From Octopus vulgaris (lineage: Eukaryota): 64,000 nt of DNA. The notes under the pieces were generated by a model, which made no database searches, was not told where the DNA came from, and saw only the letters and a program-made list of their open reading frames with translations. The position numbers were made by a program, and so were the translations under genes. Location: NCBI GenBank assembly GCA_951406725.2, contig OX597815.1, positions 45,694,001 through 45,758,000 of the forward strand. Reading direction: 5' to 3'. Shown here one piece after another: positions 24,580 to 38,629 of this stretch (its first letter is position 1; each line of letters starts with the position of its first letter).

Positions 24580-25998
24580 CATATGATGATGCACCATCAT
24601 ATGATGTAGTCAAGCACTGGCATCACCAGTTCAAATGCTCCTATTCCTGGACAACCACATTCCGCCATTGATACTCTTTTACTTACTCTACTCTTTTACT
24701 TGTTTCAGTCATTTGATTGCGGCCATGCTGGAGCACCGCCTTTAGTCGAGGAAATCGACCCTGGGACTTATTCTTTGTAAGCCCAGTACTTATTCTATCG
24801 GTCTCTTTTGCCGAACTGCTAAGTGACGGGGACGTAAACACACCAGCATCGGTTGTCAAGCAATGCTAGGGAGACAAACACAGGCTCACAAACACACACA
24901 CACATACATATATATATATACATATATACGACAGGCTTCTTTCAGTTTCGGTCTACCAAATCCACTCACAAGGCATTGGTCAGCCCGGGGCTATAGCAGA
25001 AGACACTTGCCCAAGGTGCCACGCAGTGGGACTGAACCCGGAACCATGTGGTTGGTTAGCAAGCTACTTACCACATCCATATGACAACATCCATAAAATA
25101 AAAGCTGCCATTTTGGATGTTGCCTATGACAACATCCATAAAATAAAAGCTGCCATTTTGGAGAATCACCACATAACTATTCAGTGACTAGTCCAAGAAG
25201 TGAAGATAAGTGTAGGGTCTGTGGAAAAAATCATTCATTAGATGCTCACATCTTTTGAGAAGCAGGAACGAGTCAGTTGCTCCCAGGCTCTTTTGGCAAT
25301 GTACCAAGAAAATGAGAAGGATTTTTTCAGCAGACTTATCACACAAGATGAAAGATGGGTCCATCACTATGGTCCTGAGACTAAAGTCCAGTCAAAGCAA
25401 TGGAAGCATGATGACTCACCACCTCCAAAGAAAACTTGTGTCCAGCCCTCATCAGGCAAGGTAATGCGCACAGTTTTTTGGGACCTGTGTGGAGTAGTGA
25501 TGATGGATTTTCTGGCAAAAGGCACCATAATTATGCTTCTATTATTATGGTTCTCTGCTGCAGAAAATGTGGGATGCCATCAAAACAGAGAGGCAGGGCA
25601 TGCTGATCAAAAGAGTGCTCCTCCTCCAAGACAACACCCCAGTTCACAATGCACATTTTGCCCAGATGAAAGCATACTCCTGCAGCTATGAAATCCTTCC
25701 TCATCCCCCTTTTTCTCCTGACCTTGCACCATTTGACTTTCATCTCTTTCCAACATGAAGTCTTTTTTGAAAGGGAACCACTTTTCAGATGATGATGAGC
25801 TTATTTCTGAAGTAAAGTCTTGGCTCCAATCACAACCTACTGATTTCTACAGATGAGGCCTTCACAGCTGCATAAAGCAATGGGAAAAGTTGTCACATTG
25901 GTGGTGGCTATGTAGAGAAGGGTTAATAATTATGCCAAGTTTAGTTTATCCCAGTCCTTGAGAAGTGAGTCAGGGGAATCTTTAATGAACAATCCTTG
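24580..25998 (+). mobile_element. Decayed mariner (DD34D-type) transposon interrupted by a family A SINE (24672-25073)
   Basis: YDDAPSYDVVKHWHHQFK (HTH); LITQDERWVHHY, KVMRTVFWD, LLQDNTPVH, HPPFSPDLAPFDFHLF motifs; right end ttaatgaacaatccttg|ta. Confidence 0.9.
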
Positions 25999-27228
25999 TA
26001 TGTCAGTAACCATGATAAAACTTTATCAGAAATTCTTCAGTATTAAAATATTAATGAACAATAAAATAAATAAATAAATGAAAATAGATGAAATATTGGA
26101 AGTTTACTTCTCAAATACATGGTTTTGGGTTCAATCCCTCTTCAACTATTGTCCCAGGTTGACCAAAGCCTTGTGAGTGGATTTGGTAGATTGAAACTGC
26201 ATAGAAGCTTGTTGTGCTTGTGTGTGTGTGTGCGCACGCATGCATGTGTGTGTGTGTGTGTGTGTGTATGTGTGTGTGTCTGTGTGTGTGTGTGTGTACA
26301 TGTGTGCATCTTTGTGTCTCCTTGTTTTGGTATTGTACGATTGTTGTAAATGAGTACCACTGTCATAGAAGCGGTGTCATTAATTTTCAATATTCTGCAA
26401 AAACATGTCTGGCTTTGGGGAACCATTACTTTGCTTGGAAACAGATGTAGGTTGATGATAGGAAGGGCATAAGGGCATGGAAAATTTGCCTCAACAAGCA
26501 TGTAAAAGAGTATGATAAAATGATGATGATGATGATGATGATGACCATCATCATCATCATCATCATCATCTTCATCATCATCATCATCATTATCATTTTA
26601 CATCCGTCTTTCATACTGTCATGGGTTGGACAGTTTGACAGGAAATGGCAAGCTAGAGAGCTGCACCAGGTTCCATTATCTGATTTGGCATGCTTTATAT
26701 ACCTGCCCTTTCTAATGCCAACCATTTTACAGAGTGTACTGTGTGCTTTTTATGTGGCACCAGCACATAATAATGATGATGATGATATTATTTCGATTTA
26801 GCACACCGGGCAAAAAGTTTTGCAGTATTTCATTCATTTTCATGTTCTGAGTTTGAATTCCACCAAGGTCCACTTTACCTTTCATCCTTTCAGGGTAGAT
26901 AAAATGAGTGCCAGTTGAGCCCTGGGGTCAATGTAATAAACTTACCTCTTCCCTCAAAATTGCTGGCCTTGTGCCAAAATTTGAAACAGATATTTTAATA
27001 TTTACTGTAGAATTTGGATTATTAAACTGTAATTGAAAAAGTAATCTATACTAAAAATGTTTTTGTTTAAAGAAGACATTTCAAAAGCATTTGGCATTTA
27101 AAAAATGCAAACAAAGCAAAATAAAAAAAAACCATTTTATCAGAAAATTCTTTTCTACTAAAGGCATTTAAAATTTATTTTCTTTAAAAATTACTGATTA
27201 TAAATGAATTTTTCATTTATCGGTTAAC

Positions 27229-27460
27229 CCTTTAGTATTCAGGTTACTCTGTCAAATGTTATGCTTATTCATTCACATTGTTTTGAATTAATCATGCATT
27301 ATTTCATAGCTGTGAGATTCCAATGATGTGATTGTATATTTTTAGAATGACATTGTAGAGAGGCCAGATCTGGTTGGTTTGAGAGGCCAGATCTGGTTGG
27401 TTTGAGCATAAAAACAGGTAGAATATTTGGCTGGGTATGGCCAGTTTAAATGCTAAAGGT
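27229..27460. mobile_element. piggyBac-type MITE
   Basis: ttaa|ccctttagtatt ... aatgctaaaggt|ttaa; opposite-orientation relative at about 31670-31890; internal 23-bp duplication gagaggccagatctggttggttt. Confidence 0.7.
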
Positions 27461-29062
27461 TTAATAAACCAAATTCTCATTTGGAATATTTATACAGTTT
27501 TACAAAATTAAATTAAAAAATGAAATAATTTTAAGACATAGGTGCGGCTATGTGGTAAGAAGTTTGCTTCCCAATGACATGGGTTTAGGTTCAATCCCAC
27601 AGCATGGCACCATGGGTAAGTGTCTTCTACTGTAGCCCTGGGCCACCCAAAGCCTTGTGTATGGATTTGCTACACAGAAACTAAAAGAAGTCTGTCATAT
27701 TCATTGGAGTAATCATAGATTAAGCATTCATTGGAGTAATCATGATGTTCTAGTGATCTGATGAGCTAGCTTTCTCTATTTGCATTGCTTTGTGTATATA
27801 CAATTGTATATACTTCACTACTTCAGGGAGTGATGACCCTGCCTGACATGAGTCCCGAGCTCAGCTGGCACCGGTTGACAGTATCTGGTATGGGCCACTA
27901 TCCAGGGTTACGGAAAGGAGACAACCTTTAAAGAAATTTGGAGTGGAGCCCCATAGTTGGTTTAGTGTTTGACTCGACAGTCTTCTGGAAGCTCCTGCAA
28001 CCAAGCTGGTGCCAAATGTAATGCTCTACACTCCTTTGGACTGCATTAGCAAGGTCAAGAGAGGAATCCTGATGATTGGGCTACCTAGGATTTTGTTACA
28101 CCTAGCAAAACTGGAGAGGACATGAAATGTAAAAACCAGACTGAATTAGTTTATGCAGAATTCCATTGTCTCCTGAGACAAAAGGATGCCAACAACAATA
28201 CAATTGTATTTTATAATGTGCAGTATGCACATTAATGCAGACATGTAAATATAATTTATTATACACTGAAATTATTAGTACATGAAGAAGGCTGCAAAAT
28301 GGGTGTAATCCTAAGGATATTAAATAGGTAAATAAATATATTCACCTCATATCTCCTAACTTTTATGGTTTATACACACACACGCACTTCATCATCATCA
28401 ACCCTGTTGTCATTGTCATCATCGTCGTCGTCGTTGTCATCATCATCATCATCATCATCATCATCACCATCATCATCATTGTCATCATTTAATATCTGTT
28501 GTCCATGCTGGCATGGATTGGACAGTTTGACCAGGGCTGGTAAGCTGAGGGGCTGCACTAGACTCCAGTCTGATTTGGCATGGTTTCTATGGCCTTCCTA
28601 ACGCCAACCATTCCAAGTGTGTAATTGGTGCTTTTATGTGCTACTGGCATGGGTACCAGTTGCATGACACCAGTATCTGCCACACTATGATTTCACTTGG
28701 TTTGATGGGGCTTCTACTCAAGCACACATATAGCCAAAGGTCTCAGTCATTTGTCATTGCCTCCATGAGGCCCAACGCTCAAAAGGTGCTGCATGTGTGC
28801 CACCAGCACAGGTGCTAGTTATGCAACACTAACATCAGCCACATTGTCTTTGTGAGGCCCAATGCTCAAAAGGTGCTTTTAAGTGCTACCGGCATGAGGG
28901 CCAGTTGTGTGATGCTAGCTTCGGCCACAACTACGATTTCACTTGGTTTGATGGGTCTTCTCAAGCACAGCATATCGCCAAAGGTCTTGGTCACCAGTCA
29001 TTGCCTCCATGAGGCCCAACATTCAAAGACCATGCTTCATCACTTCATCCCATGTCTTCCTC

Positions 29063-29097
<35 letters not shown>

Positions 29098-30518
29098 ATG
29101 TGCATGCAAGTGCACGCATGTGTGTGTATGTCTTTGTCTTTAGGTTTGTCCCCCACCACTGCCTGACAACTGGTGTTTGTTTCTTCATGTCCTTATAGCT
29201 TAGCAGTTAGGCAAAAGATATTGACAGAATAAGTGTCAGGCTTAAAAATAAGTCAATTTTTTTTTACTGAATCCTTCAAGGTAGTGTCCCAGTAAGGCTG
29301 TAGTCCAATGACTGAAATAAGTGAAAGATAAAAGAAAAAAAGACAAAAGTCAAATGGATATTCTGAAGAAACTAATTTATTTTTCAATTTTTCAAATTTG
29401 TTTAAGATAATGAGTAGAATGGTTTTAATCTGTTGGATCAGATACATGAAACAACTTTTTGAAAAGACAGTGGAATGACTATATAAAACACAGAGTATTT
29501 CTGACAACAAGACACAACATAGAGACATATCTTTAGGGGTAAACAAGGCAGGTAAATGAGTTAAAAGGAATCTATTTTGAGATGACATTACTGTGCAGCC
29601 ATTAACAGATGAAAAATGAGAAGGTCAAAGAACTCTGTAATTGGGTAACAGAAATGCTAAAAATAACATTCCAGGTAGAGGTAGCATTGGTTATATTTCT
29701 AACTAATTAGGTTGCATGAACTGACTGATGGCAGCTATGTTCACAACTTCAAATGAATCAGCATATTATCAAACTAATGATTCATTGCGAGTTTTCCACA
29801 CAGTTGCTTAATTTTCATTAGGCATAACTGTGTGATAATAAGCTTGCTTCCCAACTATATGGTTCTGGGTTCAGTCCCACTGCATGGCACCTAAGGCAAG
29901 TGTCTCCTACTATAGCCTCAGGCCAACCAAAGCCTTGTGAGTGGATTTGGTCGATGGAAACTGAAAGAAGCCCGTCATATGTGTGTGTGTGTGTCTTTGT
30001 GTCTGTGTTTATTCCCAACCACTGCATGACAATCAGTGTTGGTGTGTTTACATCCCCATAGATTAATGATTTGGCAAAAATACATCAATAAAATAAGTAC
30101 CAGGCTTAAAAATAAATAGTCCTTGGGTCAATTCATTCAACTAAAAATTCTTCAAGGTGATGCTGGGACAAGTGGATGCGGGGACTGAGACAAGTAAAAG
30201 ATAAAAGATGAAAGATAACCATCAAATTCCCTATCCCCTTCTAACCCCCTACATCAACATCATCATTATCATCACCATTTTAACATTAATGTTTCCATGC
30301 TTGCATGAGTCAGATGGAATTTGTTGAAGCAGATTTTCTACATTTAGATGCAATTCCTGTTGCTAACCCTCACATATTTTCCTAGCAAGGTAATCTTTCC
30401 TTGTGGCCAGACATGTTTTTAGGGAAGATTGGAAATGAAGGACATCGTTTGTATGACAGTGATGCTCGTTTTACAACTAACAAGCATTGTCAAGAAAGGA
30501 CATGCACACACACATGCA

Positions 30519-30588
<70 letters not shown>

Positions 30589-30934
30589 ATGCACGCACAC
30601 ACACACACACACACATACACATGTATATAGATATATAGCTACAGCATTAATTTTCCAGAACCTTTGGTTAAAAAGCCTTTCCAGATGACTGACTTTTTCA
30701 AATCAAGATTTGTCATCTTGATTAACACACTCTAAATTAAACAAATATAAAATTCACTTAAATAATTAAATGAAATACAGGTAGCAAATACATTAGTGTA
30801 AATAACTCTTTCTACTATAGACACAAGGCCCAATATTTGTGAGTTGGGACTATCTGATTACATTGATCCCAGTGCTCAACTTGCACTTATCAACCCTCAA
30901 AAGGATAAAAACGGTAAGCTGGTAGAACACTATA

Positions 30935-31300
30935 CTGTGGAATTTACTATGAGAAAAACTTTCATATGGGTTTTTGGTGCGAAAACCAAACCAATATGCG
31001 AGACCCCAGTGCCTGTTTTGGCACTGTTATTCTATATATCTTTGGTGGTGAGATAAATTGCTGCTATCTCTTGTGGTTGAGTGTCCAGCATTGACAAGAC
31101 CAAGGGAGGTCGAAATTATGTGATCTGGTGGTCTGGGCACTGGAGGTCGTGTAGATTTATCTCCCCACTAGCCATATAAACAAGAATGCATTTTGCACCA
31201 GAAGCTAATATGAGAGTTTTTCGCATGTTTTTTTTTTTCACTACCGTAGTGTAGTTTGTTCTAACAGAATATCCACATTTAAGTGGGAATAAAAAATTTG
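30935..31300. mobile_element. Unclassified interspersed repeat; inverted relative at about 40210-40490
   Basis: tagtttgttctaacagaatatccacatttaagtgggaataaa is the reverse complement of tttatccccacttaaatgcggatgttctattagaacaaacta at about 40215; similarity extends about 280 bp. Confidence 0.65.
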
Positions 31301-33401
31301 TTACTTAATCAAAAGAATTGCCTATAAGCAACTATTAAATCAGGGATGATGCCATGAAAAAAAAAAGAAGATTGAAGAGAAGGTGACTCAAGTGCACATA
31401 GCCAATGAGCTGCAAGTACAGTAAAATATTGATACCCATCATTCTCATTCACCTATGGAGTGAGTTGTTTCACTTGGTTTGAAGTATTCAATGTTTTTTA
31501 ACACTCAGCATCTTAAAGGGACTTTTCCCTCCGATGCTATCTTGCAGTAAATGAGCGCATAAACAAAACTCATACAGTAAGAATGTGACATTGATGTTTA
31601 CAGTATTAGAATTGCTTAAAATATGACCTCGATAATGTTTATATTATTAGAGTTGCTTTAAATAATTTTAACTCTTTAGCATATCTGGCCATATCCTGCC
31701 AAAATATCCAACTTATTTTATGTTCAAACTGGTCAGATCTGGTTTCTCACACTCCTACAATATCATTCTAAAAAATTAATAGTTACCTCATCAAAATCTA
31801 AAAGCTACAAGATAATGCTTGATTAATTCAAAACAATGTGAATAAATAAACATTACTTTTGACAGAATAATGTGATTTGTAAAGAATAAAAAGGAAAGTA
31901 ATTTTGTAGGTTATGTAATGAGAGGTTACAGCTCTGGTACAGTGGATATGTGGTTAGAATGTCAGAGGAAAGGATTTAAAGCAAATTCTTCAAGCTGAGA
32001 CAATTGGCAAGAGACCAAAGAGTAGACCATGAGCAAGATGGTTGGATAATACTCATAGACTCGGTTAATCAGAACTATAACCAAAAGTTTTCCAATCAAA
32101 TGTATCCTCTGTTTTCATATGTATAGAGCATTGACACCTGTTCCTGCCCTCTTTCTTGTTAACTGTCTCTCCCTCTCTCTTTCTTTCTTTCCCTCTCTAT
32201 CTCTTTCTTTCTCTCTCTCACTCTGGCTGAGTAATCATGTAACTCCTCTACAGCAAGACACCTGTTTCTGTCGCTCTGTCTCTCTGTCACACTCTAACTG
32301 TTCACCATCTGAGACAAGATCACCTCCTCCAATGTCCCCTCCCCTCTCAAAGATTCCTTGTTTGCAAAGTTACTTGGTGACCCTGCCAGTGCTGGTGCTG
32401 CTTAAAAAGCATCCGGTCCACACTGTAAAGTGGTTGGCATTTGGAAGGGCATCCAGCTGTAAAAACCCATGTCAAAACACACCTTGCCCGTGCTGGTGCC
32501 ATGTAGAAAGCATTCAGTCCACTCTGCAGGGTGGTTGGTGTTAATGCCAAAACAGACACAGAAGTATGGTACAGGCTTCTGCCCTGCCAGCTCCTGTCAA
32601 ACCACCCAACCCATGCCAGCATGGAAGGAAGATGTTAAATGATGATGATGATGATGCTAATGCCTTTATTTTCTGGGACATTATTGTGTGATTTGAAGGA
32701 GATTTGTCTACTAATTCTGGTAAATTGAATGACTACATAGACTTGAATATTTTGTTGGTTCAAATTGCAGCAGTTTATTTGACTGATGTGTAATTGTTTT
32801 TTGTTGCATTAAACAGATGGGATATAAGTCTCTCAGAAGACCTGTTATCTGTTCTTCATGTGTAGGTTAACTGAAGCAAATAGAATTAGTAGATATCCTG
32901 TTGAGAGATATTAAAAGAAGCAACACCTGTTACCAATATGAATTCATGACCTGTATCTTATTCCTTCAGATATTTCCACTCTACAATTTAAAAGATATGT
33001 CCTACCGATATTCTCAGAAGAATATCAGTTGAATATCAATAGGTGCAGGTGTGGATGTGTGTTTAAGAAGGTTGCTTCTCAACCATGTGGTCTTCAGTCC
33101 AGTCCCTCTGTACAGCACCTTGGGCAAATGTCTTCTATAGTCCTAGACCAACCAAAGCCTTGTAGATAGATTTGGTAGAAGGTAGCTGAAAGACACGTAT
33201 TGTGTGTGTGTGCATGTGTGTGCACATGTCTGTGTGCGTGTGTGTGCACGCACGCATGTGTGTGTGCACGCACGCATGTGTGTGTATGCATATATATATA
33301 TAATTCTTTAACAAGAATAGTATTGATAGTGACTTTGAAGCTGGCTGAAACTTTGAAGTTTTAGCCTGCTTTGAAGTCACAGTATGTACATATATAAATG
33401 T

Positions 33402-33434
<33 letters not shown>

Positions 33435-33675
33435 TAAGGTGATTTCCTTAATTTTATTCAAACACATAAGACAGCTATTATGCTTACTCCCCACAAAACA
33501 CCACCACATGGATTCTGTTGAGACCAGTAAGAAACAATTATGAACTTTTTTTATTACACTTAACTTTTAAAAATATTTTTGATAAGGTTCGTTTTTTCAA
33601 GAAGAACCGAAACATGTAAAATTTCTATGAAAATTAAAATTTATCTTATATAGTGGCGTTTTCAAACTTCTTTTT

Positions 33676-33712
<37 letters not shown>

Positions 33713-33788
33713 TCCGAAATATACAGTATTATATATCCAACACGGCTGATCAGTGTTAGCCGATATGGAAGAGAATATGGTGACTCTG

Positions 33789-34052
<264 letters not shown>

Positions 34053-34990
34053 TGACCTAGTGTTCAGGATGTTACATGCACAATTGCAAGAGCATGGTTT
34101 CATTTCCTAGACCAGGTGGTGTGTTGTGTTCTTGAGCAAAACACTTCATTTAACATTTTTCTGTGATCACTTCAGCACCTGTTTGAGCAACGTTGCTTCG
34201 ATGGGTGGGGGTGAGCTAACGTACAGAATAAACATTCGATCACTATAAATGAATTATTTGTGTAAATCATTTGGCAAACGCTGAACACTCATATGTCTTC
34301 CTTCAATGGGAGAGTCCATCATGTGTGTGTGTGTGTGTGTATACACCTCTAAACTCCACCTACCAATTTTATCAGTGGTGGAGGAATTCTAAGCTACAAA
34401 GGCAAGAGCAATGACCACATTGCTTCTGTCTGATGATGATGATGATGATGATGAGAAAGTCAGACACACCAGCCAGACCATAAAATGTGGCAAAAAATAG
34501 AAACCCCAGGAAGTTGTAAAAGAAGCAGAGACATTCTGAAAATGTCAAGAGATTGTTAGGGTAGTCTGTCAAGGATGGTAAGGACTTGGCAATTACAGAT
34601 CCAAGAAGTGGAAAAACATAAATATCAGAAGTGAGAGCTTATAGTGCTAAAAATATGTGATTCAACAGAGGAGGATTGCAGTAGGGCTTGCCCACCAAGG
34701 TCGATGGATTTAGAGGGACCAAGCACTCAAGCATCCAATGTCCTGGAAGGACCTGTGGAGCGCTGACCAGGGAAGATTGCCCTTCCTCCTTTGCAGTATC
34801 ACTAACCTCTTGTCAACCCCTGTCTAGTTATGAGAAAATTTTACCATGCTTGGAAACAAGTGAGGATTGGAAGCAAGAAGGGTATCCAGTTGCAGAAAAT
34901 CTGTTTCAATAAATTCCATCTGACTCATGCAAGCATGGAAAAGTGGACATTAAATGATGAGGATGATTGCGATGACGATGACAATGATGA

Positions 34991-35021
<31 letters not shown>

Positions 35022-35189
35022 GGTATTTCACATCTGACTTATAATATTCAATTACAATAAACAAATAATTTATCATATTTACAGTATTGCACATAGCAGC
35101 TAATTAGTGTTGGAGAGAACATCACGTAGTATTTACTCTTACTATGTTTAAATCTTGCCAATATCAACTTTGATTTTTGTTGTATTTAG

Positions 35190-35695
35190 GAGATGTATTA
35201 CATATCCCAGGGCTCCAATAATTACAGGTATAAACCTGACTTAAAATTTGGATAGAGTAACTGCAGATTTCTCAATAGTTCAGCACAGGTATCCTCTTTT
35301 TCACTGATCTTCAGCTTTGTTAACATCTTCTAGGCAGCTAATTTCCATAATTTTGCACAGTTTCTCTTCTCTATCTACATTTTATGGAGGTCTTCACTGG
35401 AACATTCCATCCACATTCCTTTTATTATGAGTGGTTATGGCTTCTACTATATTGTGGGTTTTTATTTCTTTGTCCTTGGGGTTATCTTTCTGGCAGATTT
35501 CATTATAGAGTGTCCTAGTTACAACATCATGTCTCATCGACAGATAATACCATGATGACATTTTTGGACAACTGCTTATGATGATGGTGATATCTTTGGT
35601 GGTAACTCCACAAAGTTTGCATTGGCTCTCACATTTTATTGCTTTTCCTGCATCTCTGTCCCTTTTGTGCATCAGGTATTTGGTTGATATTTTAT
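35190..35695 (-). pseudogene. Decayed R4/Dong-type (restriction-like endonuclease) non-LTR retrotransposon, C-terminal part
   Basis: CKLCGVTTKDITIIISSC (decayed CCHC knuckle), YYLSMRHDVV (RHD motif), then DREEKLCKIMEISC and FIPVIIGALG. Confidence 0.75.
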
Positions 35696-35742
35696 GTGTG
35701 TATGTATGTATGTATGTATGTATGTATGTATGTATGTATGTA

Positions 35743-35796
<54 letters not shown>

Positions 35797-37305
35797 TTTG
35801 TGTTTATGTTATGTTTCTCTTCCACCAATGCTTAACCACCAGTGTTGATGTCTTCATGTCCTTTTAACTTAGTGGTTCATCAAAAGAGACCAACAGAATA
35901 AGCACCAAGGTTAAAAAATAAGTTTTTCTGTGATCATGTAACTTTCAAACTTTTTCAGGCTGATGCCCCCTTGGCACTCAGGCCACATTCCTAGCTCCCC
36001 ACCACTCACCACCACAAACATAGACCACTTTCTGCAGCAAATTCAAAACAACTGTATTTCACAAATAAAACTTAACCTAATTAACCCATTAAAAAAAAAA
36101 AAAATTTTAATCTGAACTGAATTTGTGTCTCTTCTGTTGACCAGGAGCGTATATTCTGGGTGTGCTAGGTATGCACTGCACACCCATCGAAAATGACAAA
36201 TTCATTGTAAATATTAACCTTACTCATTAATTTAATCACAAATAATAATCGAAAACTTTTGTTATACCTCTGTTTGAAATTTGGTGGCAGGTATCCTGAA
36301 ATAACACTGCATACCTCACCATAATATGATACTGGACGTATCGGAAGAGAATGGCAAAAAATTGATGGTGAAGGGTGTGCGCTAGCTTTGACAGTATAGT
36401 TGCATGTTCGTTTTTGTGGGGAGAAGTTGTACATTTAAATCAATTTAAAATTCTTAAACTAAAACTAATTTTTTTACAAAATTTTTTCTTACAATATCAT
36501 ATAACTTTGATTTTATTTGTTTTCAAAACTAATAATAAAGTGGTTCATTGTACAATGAGGTTATCGAACATTGTATGTCTCCAAGAAGAATAGAACTTAC
36601 ATATAAATAATTTAAGTAAGTAAAATTGTGTCGTTTCTTATTTTTCAGTATGTGCACATAAGAAAATTACAGCTTATTTTAGAATGCTTACAATTTATAG
36701 GGTATTATTAATTCAGTTTACTTTAGTGCCATATATCTGTATCCCAATTGAATTAAGTTTATATTATTTACATTTTGGATAGAAATACACAGTTTGTATG
36801 CCTAATTTGTGTAATACTAATGTTAGTCATAGTATGGTCAGTCTGGCAGCACACCCAATGACAACAACCACCATATACCACTGCTATTGACATCAACTCA
36901 ACCAAATCCATATATTGGTGATACATGTACAGAAATATTCTTATTATTACACATGTATTAAGTGCACGAAAAACAATACTTGGATTAACCACCAGTTTAT
37001 CACATGGTTATCCTTTGGGAGATTTTGAATCCTATTCTCCCATAGTCTGATTTTAGTTCACTACATCTTCACATGATAACTATTTTTCAGTTAGATTAAC
37101 TGAACCATGAAGAGTTCAGTAACTTTTTCAAGATGCACCACAGTTCTACTGATAAATACAAGCCATTGCATATTTGGCATCTTGGCAAATATCCTAATAA
37201 CTTTGTCTACAAGAAATTCTATAAATATGATTGAGAAAAGGCCTAATTACAGGACGTTTCATTGAGAAGCATTGCTAATATTACTGTAATGGATGAATGA
37301 TTTAC

Positions 37306-37397
37306 CTTGCATAAGTATGCAAGAGCATTTTCAAGAGTTTTTTCCTTCAATTTGCGTAAGTATGCATGAGTATTTTCTTCAATTGGGTGGAGAGTTG
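37306..37397 (-). other. Candidate internal exon of a minus-strand transcript (xTLHPIEENTHAYLRKLKEKTLENALAYLCK)
   Basis: ctgattttaag| ... CAAG|gtaaat; 92 nt, one open frame, non-repeat context. Confidence 0.3.
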
Positions 37398-37899
37398 CTT
37401 AAAATCAGCCACAAAATATAAGATTGTGCTATAGATAAACACTCTTGATGATAAATTATATTTGAAGAGTAACCAATTATAAGTGTGTGTAAAGAATGGA
37501 AAAGCTTATGAAAGCGTTACTGAACAGAGTATGTATATCCACACCTGTTCCTTAATTATGGAACAATCACAACCTTTTATGAGAGAATGGATGTATATTT
37601 CCTATAAATTATCTGAAGATACTTAATGTTATATATAGAGACATTTGGCATTAAATATCATCAAAATTTATTATCATGGTATCTAATCAATAGATTTCTC
37701 TTGTAAACTTAATTGAGTAGATTACTTGGTTGTTAAGTAGAAATTGTTGTTTACAACTGAAGAACTATAAAAACCATTGAGTTGAGTGTTACTTTTGTCA
37801 ACTGATCAAACTATATTTAAGCCTGATAACTGATAAACAAATGAAATACAAATAAAATAAAATAAAATGTGTGTGTATGTGTGCATGTGTGCATGTGCA

Positions 37900-37981
<82 letters not shown>

Positions 37982-38498
37982 AGCGAGAGGCCAAAATGTA
38001 TGAAGATAAACACAAAACAAAAAGAAACAGCATAGAAGTAGGAAGTCAATCACTTGATAGAAAGTCAAGTGAACTATAGAGAAAAATCAAAGTGAAGTAA
38101 AACTGAAGAAGTGGGCCTATTTAGAAGAATTGGTTATATACAACAGAAATGGAAGGAGATTAAAGAGAATGGGCTAGTGAGAGAAGTTATAGGGAAAAGG
38201 TCACTTGAGAGAAACAGTGTAAAGTAAGACTAAGAGACATCTGATATACAAAAATCTGTCTATCTGTCTGTCTCCCTTCCCCTGTTTCTACATATTATTT
38301 AAAGCAATTATAAAGAATACAGAGACTGGTACATCATAAAAAAAAAATACACTCACTCTATAGATATATATACTGTAACAAAGTTTATTTGCATACATAA
38401 CATGGCAGTCCTGCATAGGATTATGTTACTACTTTTTAACCCCAGGAAAACATCTTTTCCAGCTGGTTATTGACACTTGATCTGAGTCTGAGACATAC

Positions 38499-38629
38499 TG
38501 TAAGTAAGGAGGCTTACTACACCCTTCTAATTGTTAGCAGTACCAGCAGACCAATAGTTTCTGGGTAATTTCCCCGTCTTCAGTACTGGACAGCCACCTG
38601 GCTAGAGACAGCAGCCACCTGACCTTACA
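38499..38629 (-). mobile_element. 131-bp element with TGTAAG...CTTACA ends carrying a hammerhead ribozyme
   Basis: Inverted ends atactgtaag (38495-38504) / cttacagtat (38624-38633); internal direct repeat cagccacctg x2. Confidence 0.6.
38543..38589 (-). ncRNA. Type I hammerhead ribozyme, canonical core
   Basis: Minus: CCAGTA-CTGAAGA-cGGG gaaatta CCCa-GAAAC-tattg-GTC-TGCTGG; 6-bp stem I, GUC cleavage triplet. Confidence 0.8.

Noticed and set aside
25242-25758. SETMAR-like protein ORFs
   Set aside because: Frameshifted mariner copy interrupted by a SINE; no SET domain
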